From: Vitrella brassicaformis CCMP3155
Taxonomy: Eukaryota; Protista; Chromerida
Direction: 5' to 3'
NCBI GenBank assembly: GCA_001179505.1
Contig: CDMY01000836.1
Span: forward strand, 1 to 16,193
Length of the DNA stretch: 16,193 nucleotides
This document shows, piece after piece, positions 1-12,245 of the stretch (the stretch's first letter is position 1; every line of letters begins with the position of its first letter). The position numbers and the translations under genes were made by a program. The notes below the pieces were generated by a model, which saw only the letters and a program-made list of their open reading frames with translations, was not told the origin of the DNA and did not search any database.

Positions 1-250
1 ACGTAGAAGTGATCGCCAAACTTGTCCACCTCCCCGCCGCAGATGCATCGCTGCGAGACGGTTGCGTGCGGGAGGGCAATGCCGAGCCCATTTGCTTTCT
101 CCCTCGACTCGGGAACCCCCAGCGTTATGACCTAAGAGCAAAGCAAAGCAAAGCAACAGCGCATATGTAAAAGTGTGGGACCCGCTCAATTGCTCACTTC
201 GCTGCTTCTGTTGTGCTCGCTTGGCCCCGCTTTGGCGTCCCCGATCTCGG
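1..250 (-). CDS. Partial intron-containing gene with a CxC..D..GDH zinc-knuckle-like motif (resembles the CCHC region of restriction-like-endonuclease non-LTR retroelements); runs off the left edge
   Basis: Exon 250-198 (AEIGDAKAGPSEHNRSSE, donor GTGAGC) joins in phase 0 to exon 131-1 (VITLGVPESREKANGLGIALPHATVSQRCICGGEVDKFGDHFY; acceptor CTCTTAG after a (GCTTT)n tract). The gene structure is seen in the sequence; the family assignment is pattern recognition only. 5' exons are unresolved. Confidence 0.5.
138..156. repeat. (GCAAA)n microsatellite forming the polypyrimidine tract of a minus-strand intron
   Basis: gcaaagcaaagcaaagcaa read directly. Confidence 0.9.
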
Positions 251-358
251 CTGTTTGTGGGTGTTCACAAAGATCAGCCACTTAGGTTGGAACGCATGCA
301 GGCCGTCATGGGTCACCGCATCTGCACCACGAGCAGAAGCAATGAAGCTGCACGACGA

Positions 359-405
359 GCATCTGCTTGGACGGCATCTGCTCGGACGAGCATCTGCTTG
401 CACGA
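359..405. repeat. Degenerate 15-16 bp minisatellite, 3 copies (GCATCTGCTYGSACG[A])
   Basis: gcatctgcttggacg / gcatctgctcggacga / gcatctgcttgcacga, plus a weaker copy near 318. Confidence 0.8.
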
Positions 406-1134
406 GCTTGATGTAAATTTTGCGACCAATTCGTCGGTGTGTTGGTCGCAATTCCATCTACACCCGCCAGCACAGTGATTTGCAATGGTGGGGGGCGTTG
501 CATGGGATGGCATGGCATGCCTTGTCTTTCGGCAGCTCATATCCTGCCTCGGGTGTATAGTCGATGTGATGAGAGAGATGAGCTTTTGGGCTTTTCACTA
601 TGCTGGCATTATGTGTGTGGTCGCGTCCTTGAAGTGATGTATCTCTACTTGCATCCTCGTCGGCATGGAGCCGTCGGTTCACATGCCGGTGGCTGCGTGC
701 GGATGAGGCGGGGGAAGAGATCCGTCAGTGGGAGCATGAGTGGAGTGTGTGTGCGGTCCATACGGCAGCTGCCGCATGCCATGACCAGAGAGAAGGAAGG
801 TTGATCTGTTTCTGTCGGTGTGCTTCGTGGCGATTCGTCCTGCGCTTATGTTTCCAGTCTGGCAGGCCATCGACCACAAGGCGGCTCTGCATCGATGGCC
901 CTGGGGTTGGACACATCAGTGCAGTGGAGGATCTGCCTCACGCAATTGTGCCCTCTTGCTTAGACTGACAGATAGACGGACTGTGGACAGCTTCGCGATG
1001 AGCCGAGTGTGACATGACCTTTCAATGGCGTTGCCCGTGTCTGTTCGGCAGTCGATCGATCACTCACAAGGGTCGCCCTCACACATGGCATCAATCGAGG
1101 TGACGCTCCCTCACTGCTGGCCTGTCTATCGTGT

Positions 1135-2663
1135 TCAGGAGTGGAAGTGTTTCTTGTGCAGCCGCACCTGCTTGACCACCGGCCAGGCCGTCTTCTTGAT
1201 GTCCACACACACGACTGACCCTCAGGCGTCTGAAGCACCAGTAAAACAACCACACACAACCACACAGACATCCACGTCGATGACATCCGCGTGAGTGTGC
1301 ATATGTACCCTCGGGCAGGCGGTGAGCAGGGTCTTGACCTCCCGCTCGTCGATGGCGGCGTCGGTCAGCTGATGAGACAGCTCCTTGGCACTCAACTCCT
1401 CGCCACATCGATCCAACGCCTGACAGGGAGGGAGGCAGACATCAGGACTGCAGTTGTTGGGCTGTGTGTGGTGGCCAGCCTGCCTGTTCCAGTTGGGATG
1501 CGAAGGCAGCGGCGGCTTCGTCTCCGATGCTGTCCACCTCCTGTGCACGCACACTCTTCTCAAACGACAGCATCGAAGGGATCACAACTGCACGCCTCAC
1601 ACACAGAGAGGAATCAGATAAGTGGATGGATTGGTCATGTGTTGGCTGCGTGTCTGAGACGGACCGACAGCACGGGGGATGAAGTCTCCGTACGACACAC
1701 GGCCGTCGGGCTCCTGCAGGCACCCACACAGACACACGTGAGCCATCAATTGCCTGGCCATGCTGCATCTGTCTGCCTGACCAGTGTGGCCTCGGACATG
1801 ACGGTGTAGATCTGGAAGCGCGTGAGGCCGAGCTTGACCGAGTGGATGAGGTCGATCATGTCGTCAGGGTCCAGCATACCGCTCATCTGATCACAGACAG
1901 ACAGACAGACAGAGACACACGCATGGATTGAGACACACGCAGTACTTACCTCAGTGTCTCTCGATCGAACAAGTCCTTGAGGAACTGCGCCAGCTCATCC
2001 TGCTTCCTCTCATTCTCCAACAGACGCAACGTCGCTGCACGAGAGACAAAGACGAGAGGGATGGCAGGATTCTCCACACACATACACACATACGTCCCCT
2101 TACTCACCGAGCTTGTGCAGCATGTCGTAGGCGAACGGCACGAACTCTGAACCCCACGGCGAAAGAGAAGCGCCTTCACTTATGCACTTTTTGTGTCGGT
2201 ACCGTTGTAGTTGATGGTGCCGTCGTTGTCTTGGTCGACCACGTGGAACAACAGTGCGTTCAACTCACGACTGCACACAGACACAGGCACAAACAAGGCT
2301 ATCGATGCAGGCGGGCAAGAGAGACATGGAGATGACCGGTTCAGCCCGAGCTCCATGCTGCACATGGTGTCGATGAACTCACTCCTGCACACAAGGGGAG
2401 AGATGTACACATATTAAGAGACACAGCAGCCAACACGTATCAAGCGACGCTGACCTGGAAACGAATCCTTTGCCGTCCTTGTCAAACTCCTTGAACATCG
2501 TCATGATGGTCTCCGTCAACTCTTCCCTGTACGAGACACGCACACGGGCGAGCACAGAGACGCACACGTGCATCGTGGCACTGTCTGTCTGTCTGTCTGT
2601 CTACTTCGCCGTCATGCCCTGCACCAGAAACTCCTCGGCCTCCTTCTCAGCCACCTGCATCTC
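1135..2663 (-). CDS. Multi-EF-hand calcium-binding protein, apparently frameshifted twice; 5' end unresolved (possibly a pseudogene)
   Basis: Spliced peptide EMQVAEKEAEEFLVQGMTAKEELTETIMTMFKEFDKDGKGFVSRSEFIDTMCSMELGLNRRELNALLFHVVDQDNDGTINYNEFVPFAYDMLHKL... with canonical loops DKDGKGFVS and DQDNDGTIN and degenerate later loops. Intron phases agree except exon 2034-1950 (85 nt, needs 86) and last exon 1229-1135 (95 nt, needs 96). One GC-AG intron (1483-1420). Confidence 0.8.
1894..1912. repeat. (GACA)n intronic microsatellite
   Basis: cagacagacagacagacag in an EF-hand gene intron; similar (CTGT)n at about 2581-2600 and elsewhere. Confidence 0.85.
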
Positions 2664-3117
2664 CTGAAAACAACAAGCACAACCACCATACAGGGAACCA
2701 CCTGGAGCTCCCGACCGTCTCGCACTGCTCTTTCACCCACCCGTTCAGCCTCTATCCGCCAATGCATGGATGCATCCATCGATGCGTGGCTGCCTGCTGT
2801 AATTGAACGGCTGTCGCCCGCGCCTAGCTGCCTCGTACGTCCGCGGCCGTGGATAAAGCGACAGCACTGTCTGTCTTCCTTCTTGTCTATCGATGAGTTT
2901 AAGTAGATCCATGAAACGGGCGACGAAGTTCGTCTAAGCATCAGTTCGTATCAGCAGAAACAATGGACAACGCTCATTGACGGCGAAAACATGTCGCACA
3001 CTGCAAACAAGCGTGAGACATGCAACGTGACATACACATTCTGGACCCAGATCCAGCCAGCCACCTCACAGCCCCGCAGCGGGGCTGGTGTGTGGCCTTG
3101 TCTATCTCTCTGGGTGT

Positions 3118-4678
3118 CTATCTGGTCAGCCGAAAGCTGTTCGCCATCCGTCGCAGTTTGTCGCTCTCGGCAGCCCACTCGTCTTCCGGCGACACGACAG
3201 TGAGGGAAAACAGCTTGTCCCCTCGACACGCGATGACAGAAAGGTTGTTGTACTCGAATGGCTGGACAACCCCCCTGACGATGTACTCAAACAAATACAC
3301 CTCCCTGAAACATCGCACACAAGACACATCGGTGGGTCAGGTGAACGACCAGCAGCTGTCTCACTGACCCTCCTGGCTCTCTCTGTTCGCTGAGCGCATC
3401 AATCAGCATGGCGACTTTGCCTGAGCCCTCTGGCGCTATCGCCTCGCGCAACAGAGTCTCAGCCGCCTGCATTCATACATATATTACCATGACACAGGTG
3501 GCACACGCACACAAAACAGATGAGGTGTATTTGCCTGCTTTGGCGGCCCGAGGAGAGAAAAGAAGGCTCGGTCATCCGTCAGCCTTAAAGTGCTCTTCAC
3601 CACCGAGACGTTCTCCTGATACATCAGGGCAAACAGAGCACCTCCCGTCAATGTGTGACGTGTTATCCATCCATCCATCCATCCGTGTGCTGAATTCACC
3701 TTGGCGTCTCCTCCACCCCCGGGCGGTCCGAAGGCCACATCGGGTGCCTCGCTTTGTGCAGCAGCCCTCTTAACAGGCCGGCCCTCGTCAAATGATGCAG
3801 CCAATGGCCGCCGAGCGGCATCCTGAACAGTCAAACAACACCATAGTTGAGCAAACAGGTGTCTGTCCATCGATCCAGACAGTCGGCCTTTGCTGTACCT
3901 TTGCTGTGTACAGCGCGACGTCTGCTAGCCAATTTGATGGGTACAAGAACTCGTTCTTGTAGAGTCAAGTACCCATCAAATTGGCTGGAAATCGACACAG
4001 AGGGAGGGAACAAACAGACAACACAATGTCGCTCAGCGTAACCATCTTCAAGTAGTGGCTGACGTGTGCCGCTTCTCGTGTGTACCGGTGGGCAGGTCCC
4101 AGCCGGTACGAGTACCCATCCACTTCATTGACGTACCTGCACGCAGCAACAAGACGGCACTCACATGTACGGCGCATCCCTTGCCTCCCTTCTCGGTGTG
4201 CTGCTTGCCTTTTAAATCCATCAATGGGGTAGATCACATCAAGCCTGAGTTTTCTTGCCTGCTCAGGTGACAGCCGCAGAAGAGCCGAAGTAATGCCGAA
4301 CAGATTGGCACCAAGGGCAACTACCGCGGCGCCCTGTGAGGACGTCAAAGGGGGAATGAATGTAATCCAGCCACCCGCAACCGCCCACTTACCAGAAGCA
4401 CAAGAAAGCGGCGGCGGGGTGTGATGCTGTCAGGCTCTGCAGGCACAACACAGGATTCATAGATCTGATGAATGAAGATCTCGAGCAGCACCAATCTCCT
4501 GCAGCAGCCTGTCGTTTCTTCGTTGGCGCAGCTTGACGCTTCTTCTCATTGGCAGCAGGGGCTGCACAAACAGAGTGGATCTGAGGAATGACTCTCCTGC
4601 AGCACCAATCTCCTGCAGCAGCAGCCTGTAGTTTCTTCGTTGTCGCAGCTTGACGCTTCTTGTCATTGGCAGCAGGGG
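3118..4678 (-). CDS. PsbP-domain thylakoid lumen protein (PPD-type, resembles the PPD7/At3g05410-like group), interrupted by a 34-nt inverted insertion at an exon boundary
   Basis: Exons 4436-4393, 4333-4209, 4136-4110, 3950-3899, 3822-3700, 3615-3535, 3466-3369 and 3304-3118 are phase-consistent. They give ...PRRRFLVLLGAAVVALGANLFGITSALL...RLDVIYPIDGFKRYVNEVDGYSFLYPSNWLAD...AFGPPGGGGDAKENVSVV...LGPPKQAAETLLREAIAPEGSGK...YLFEYIV...LFSLTVVSPEDEWAAESDKLRRMANSFRL. A twin-Arg plus hydrophobic stretch suggests a Tat signal. N-terminal exons are duplicated (4678-4606, 4561-4492); start codon uncertain. Subfamily is from memory of homologues, not a search. Confidence 0.85.
3927..3986. repeat. Nested inverted repeat (fold-back): 18-bp outer arms, 9-bp inner arms, 2-nt loop
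   Basis: agccaatttgatgggtac (3927-3944) / gtacccatcaaattggct (3969-3986) perfect; tacaagaac (3942-3950) / gttcttgta (3953-3961) perfect. Confidence 0.97.
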
Positions 4679-4697
4679 CTGCACAAACAGAGCGGAT
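4485..4697. repeat. Tandem duplication, 114-bp period, about 1.9 copies, covering one exon plus flanking intron of the PsbP-like presequence
   Basis: Copies start at 4485 and 4599 (gcagcaccaatctcctgcagcagc...gctgcacaaacagag); they differ by a 3-nt GCA indel and a few substitutions. Confidence 0.95.
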
Positions 4698-4843
4698 GAC
4701 GGAGAAATACGCTGACGGCATGTCGCCGCCTCAGCAAGGCACGGCATAGGTGCCACGTGTGTTGGTTTGATGGAACAGCTGTCCCTAACACTCCGGCCCC
4801 GTCAGACGAATGTCTGTCTTTCTCCCCTCAGGATAGAGCAAAT

Positions 4844-7390
<2,547 letters not shown>

Positions 7391-8017
7391 GGGAATGTGT
7401 GACATGCCCCTTCTTCCTTTTTCCTGAGTCGAGAATTTTGGACCGGGCTAAGTAGCGATGATGTTATCAAAGTGGTGCAGTGTGCCTTGTGAGTGAGGTG
7501 GCGGTTTTGATCGCACCCCAACCTCAGCCTCACGGCTTGGTGACAGGGGGGCTTGTGAGAGGGAGGGTGGGTGCATCATCGATGGGAAGAATTGCTCGTA
7601 TGGCCGTCCGTCCGTCTGTGTGCGTGCTCGTTTCATCATCTGTCAGTGAGAGAAAGAAAGGAGAGGGCAGGTATGGCAATCGGCGATGTGGTTTGTGGCG
7701 TGTCTTGTGTGGCTGTGGCCATTTTGTCACCTGAGTGCGTGCGTGCATGCGCCTGTGTTTTTCGACTGAGTCGGTCACACTCAGTCTATGTCACAGAACA
7801 ATGCTGAGGCACTGGAAGTATATGTCATCATACCGGGTATGTCTTGTGTCCGCCCTGGCCCTTCATCCATAAGACACGGACTAACACAACCCAGATTATA
7901 AAACCCCAGATTGGCTAGGGTTCCAGCAAACCAAAAAGCGGCAAACGGAGAGCATCTCCTTCGTGTGCCTGCCGACTCCATCCATCCACCCATCCATCCC
8001 TCAAACGAAAGGCAGCG

Positions 8018-10282
8018 ATGAGCAAGCGGCATCAGCGCCGTCCGATGCTGAACATGGAGGAGTCCCTCAACCCCAAAGTGGACTCCTTCTCATGGGCCGT
8101 GTAAGAAAGCAAAGATGCAGTGCACAGAGGAGATCCAGGAATGAATGCATTGATCCATTTGTGTGGTGGGATGTGGTGTGTGTGTTGTGTTGGTCCCTGT
8201 TCAGGGATGCGCAAGGCAACCTGCAGCATCGTGACACCGGGGTCAAGCTGGGCAGGGAGGGCATCGAAGTCGAGGGAGAGGAATTTGCCGTCAGAAGAGA
8301 TGAACTAGAGGTGACAGACAACCACAACTGTCATGGATACTGCCGCATGAAGGATCTTTCTGTGTTGTGTTGTGTTGTGTTGTGCTGCGTGTCAGTTTGA
8401 CCCAAACAACGTGATAGGCCGGGGCGCCTCAGGTGCGGTGATCAAGGCCTTTCACAAGCCCAGGAACGAATGGGTGGCACTCAAGGTGACGACCAAACAA
8501 ACCAAGACCAGGTGCACGGCAGCAACGGCGTTTGGGTTTTGTGCAGGAGATCAAGATAGAGGACAGGGGGAAGCGCCACCAGCTGCTGGGAGACCTCAAG
8601 GTGGGGACGGACATAGAGCAACGGACCGCATGCATGTGTCTGTGTCTTCATGTGTATGCGCAACTCATGAATGTGGACACGTTGCTGAGTGCAGGGCATG
8701 GTGCAGGCCAAGGGGTGTCAGTTCCTGGTCGAGTTCATCGGCGCATACATCGAAAGGGCATGTAAGAGTAGTCGGCATACGACTCGCACCATGGCTGTTC
8801 TTATCGCCACACGCAAACGTGTTTGTATGCTTGGTTGGTTGGTTGTTGGTTGCTCGGTGCAGCGTCGGTGCATTTGGTGATGGAGTTCATGGATCGCGGG
8901 AGCATCTTCGATCTCATCCGACACTGCAAGAAGCGCAACATCAGCATACCCAGCCAAGTGCTCGCCGCTATCATACACCAGGCATGCAGACACACATCCG
9001 TCCATCTCTCCATCTGTGCACCCAATTCCTTCGTGGATTCATTTCTTCTCTGTTCGTCTGTCTGTGCGGATCCATTGTTGGGCTGCAGGTGTTGGTGGGT
9101 CTGCAGTTTCTGCACCAGAAGGCCATAATCCACCGCGACATCAAACCCCAAAACATACTTGCCAACTCCAAAGGTCAGTCACTGACTGACCGACACACAG
9201 CATAGACTCGTTATTCACAGTGTGCCTGTGGTTACATCCCTTCCCTTTGACCTGTCTGGCTGCAGGTTTCATCAAGGTGTCAGATTTCGGCATCGCCAAG
9301 TCCGTCACGAGCATGAACAACACCTTCGTCGGCACTTCCATATACATGTATGTATGTATGTACCCGTAGCTGCACACATGTACACACCCATTCACATACA
9401 TAATCAGTCCATCAAGGCGATCGCACAATGCGTGTGGGGTGGGGCTGTGGTGTCTGGTGCAGGAGTCCCGAGCGGGTGCTGGGTCAGGCGTATGACGTGT
9501 CGGCGGACATATGGTCGATGGGCATGGTCTTCTACGAACTCATCACAAAGGCAAGACAGACACACAGGCACACAGACAGACACGTTATCGAGCGGAAGAA
9601 GCACGATGCGCATATCAACGACATGAGTCAAGAGCTGTGTTGACTTCTTCTCAGGACCCTCCCATTCAGAACCAGAACAACTTCACGGAGCTGTTTGATG
9701 TGCTCATCAACAAACCGGGTACACAGCACAGCGCTCTACAGCAGTGGCAGACATGTCATTCATTCATGGTGTCCTTGGCTCTCTTTCACTCATTCGCTTA
9801 TACGTCCAGAGCCCCGTTTGTCGGCAGCGTACGACCAGGGCCTGCGGGATTTGGTCGAGGGATGGTACGTGTGGATGTTTACGTGCATGCGTACACACAA
9901 GGGGTCCTGATGTGTGCACAATGTGTTCGTGCAGTCTTCAGCGCGACCCCAGTAGGCGAGCATCCGTTGATGACCTCCTGGTAGGCACACACACAAACAG
10001 CCAGATAGACAGACACGACAGACAGACACGAATGGGTGGGGTGCATGAGTGCCAACGTCAATGTGCTGCTGTGCTTGGGTGATCCGCCCGTCCTTCAGAA
10101 ACACCCGTTCCTGAGTGGCGGGCCGAATGTCGATATCGTCAGACAGTAAGCGAGAACAAACCTACCTACACGCGACCGAGAAACATCGTCTCGCATGTGC
10201 CTGTCTGTCTGTCTGTCTGCCTCTCCCACTGTGGGCCTATGTGTGCGTGTGTAGGTTCTTTGAGTATGCATACAGCGCTTAG
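8018..10282 (+). CDS. MAP kinase kinase (STE7/MAP2K family), about 337 aa, intact
   Basis: 14 exons (8018-8100, 8205-8310, 8396-8485, 8547-8600, 8695-8761, 8863-8981, 9089-9173, 9266-9347, 9463-9550, 9655-9718, 9810-9864, 9935-9980, 10099-10145, 10255-10282), total 1014 nt in frame. N-terminal basic/hydrophobic docking-like motif KRHQRRPMLNM, GRGASG, VALK, HRDIKPQN, DFGIAKSVTSMNNTFVGTSIYMSPER, DIWSMG. Two GC donors (8982, 9551). Confidence 0.92.
8361..8384. repeat. (TGTGT)n intronic microsatellite
   Basis: tgtgttgtgttgtgttgtgttgtg directly upstream of the exon 3 acceptor of the kinase. Confidence 0.85.
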
Positions 10283-11544
10283 GAGACACACAAACATTGC
10301 AAAGGAGCAGCGGTCTTTCCATCCATGAGTGATGCGTACGTAGTGCACATACGTGTACGTGTACGTGTGTACAGACAGACAGGTTGCCGACTGTTTGGCG
10401 TATTGTGTCAGTTGTGCATCCATATGGTAGAATCTCTCCGCGTGTCCATCTGTGCTTTTATGTGTCCGTCTGTGGGTGTCGAGCTGTCGTGTTGATTCTG
10501 CACAGTGACGCGACACAAACGCTACGACGCACAATACGGACTCGTGCATGTATACAAGCATCTGAATGGCACAAAGGCACGCCCCGTGTCCAAAAGCTCG
10601 TGCCGTCCTTGACCGAGCCGTCTGCAAAACCTCCCAAACACACCAAAAAGAGAAAAGGTAGAAGGGTGAAAAGAACACCAGAAACTAGATGGAGAAATTT
10701 TAGAGATACATCTCGAACAGGCGGACAGACAGACAGACAAAGCCGGCAGACACAACTCTTCATTCATCCATCCATCAATCAGCCACTACACATGTACACA
10801 CACATTTGACCTCCTTCCTCTCCCTCCCCTTTCCCCCTTCAATTCTCCCGACTCCCGAGTGTCTCAGTGGTATGCGGGCGAAAACCGGAGGGACGGTCCT
10901 TAACAGTAAGCAAAAGAAAGTTAAGCCAGGTGAGTGAGACAGTCCATCGCTAGCTGAGCGGACATGCAGAGAGAATAGAGCGAGAAGCAGGGGTCTTGCA
11001 TGCAAAGCTCCGACTGCATTGCACGTCGCCAAACTCATACAGACAGATCCGATGCCTTCGTGCCGCTAAACGAATGAGTCGTGAGGGCAGAATTCCCTCA
11101 AAGCCACGCGTCCGTATGTATCAGCCTGTCAGGGTCTACGTACCGCAGGACAAACATGTTCATATAGGCACTGTTAGGCAGCCCCGTGCAGTACACATAC
11201 GCTACCGGCAAATGCCATGCCCAGCAGTCGCATCCTTACCGCATTGGGCTCGCTCTCACGTAACACATCTCTTTTCCTTGTGCTGCTGTCGGTGCCCCAT
11301 TTCGATGAGCACAAGGACCGCGAGGCCCGCGACCCTCTCCGCCAGGCGCTCGCCAGATGGATCAAACATCTGCATCACAAACACATACATGTACTCGGGT
11401 GGGGTGGATACATCGATGCACCGCACCCACTAACACCATGCGGAAGTAGGACTTGATAGTGTCGACTGTCTTGCGCTCTTTGTTTGGCGGCCCCACTCGC
11501 CCAGCACACTCACCAGGTAGTGGATGCTCAAGTGCTGACACATC

Positions 11545-11603
11545 AGACAGACAGACGACAGACAGGCAGACAGAAAGACAGGCAGGCAGGCAGGCAGGCA
11601 GGC
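11545..11603. repeat. Compound (GACA)n/(GGCA)n intronic microsatellite
   Basis: cagacagacagacgacagacaggcagacagaaagacaggcaggcaggcaggcaggcaggc. Confidence 0.85.
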
Positions 11604-12208
11604 TGACAGAGACATGGCAACGATGGCGAGAAGGAGAGGAGCTTGCCTGGAACTCCTCTCCCGGGTTGAAGTACGGGGGGCCGATTTGTCGAGGCCCGAG
11701 CAGCTGTAGTCTGTCAGCTTGGACACAAAGACGAGAACAGCTGCACAAAGAGACAGCAGCGACACAGCCCCTAATTCCCCCTCCCCCACCCACTTCATTG
11801 CATTGCATGCATGTCCTTCTCCCTACCTGTAGGGCCCTGCTCGTGTCGTCCATCTCGTGGTTCTGCTTAGTGTCCCACTCCCCCATCACACCTGGGCGAT
11901 GTAGAACCTCCCGTCGTGCTCGTCATAACACAGGCAGTAGGTCTTGGGGTGCGTCGTCCTGGTCGACGCCAGCACACAGATCCTGCCCTTGGCGAGTCCG
12001 TCGGCGATTTGTGAGGCCAGGAGCTTGCGGAAGGTGACTTTGAGGAAGGTGCTGGTGCTGGCCGATGGTGATGGTCTGAATGCGGTTGTACCCACCGGCC
12101 ACCTGAAACAAGTATGAGAGACAAAGCACGGAGGCCCCATGTGTTCGTACGCCAACCTACCGGTGAGCTTAATGCCGTGGGGGAAAGCTGAAGGCGTTGC
12201 GTCGCGTT

Positions 12209-12245
12209 GCTCTTCCGGGCTCAAACCCGGAAGAGCCCGGAAGAG
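12209..12245. repeat. Nested inverted repeat with tandemly duplicated arm
   Basis: ctcttccgggctc (12210-12222) / gagcccggaagag (12233-12245) perfect 13 bp; cccggaagag occurs twice in tandem (12226-12235, 12236-12245). Confidence 0.95.

Noticed and set aside
660-910. Possible small plus-strand spliced gene (MTREKE|VWQAIDHKAALHRWPW; upstream CRWLRADEAGEEIRQWEHE)
   Set aside because: Only one junction is phase-consistent, flanking exons do not join and no motif is recognisable; too weak to annotate
4485-4697. 114-bp repeat or short repeats as a CRISPR-like array
   Set aside because: Only two copies, no unique spacers, eukaryotic context; explained as an exon duplication
7455-7530. ATGATG possible snoRNA C box after PRMT3
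   Set aside because: No properly placed CTGA D box or terminal stem
7713-7726. ctgtggccattttg resembles the dinoflagellate spliced leader core (CCGTAGCCATTTTG)
   Set aside because: 12/14 match only, diverges from the rest of the leader, no SL-RNA features; consistent with chance
10855-10905. gtctcagtggta resembles a tRNA D-arm / A box
   Set aside because: No T-loop/B box (GTTCRA), and no acceptor or anticodon stem could be formed
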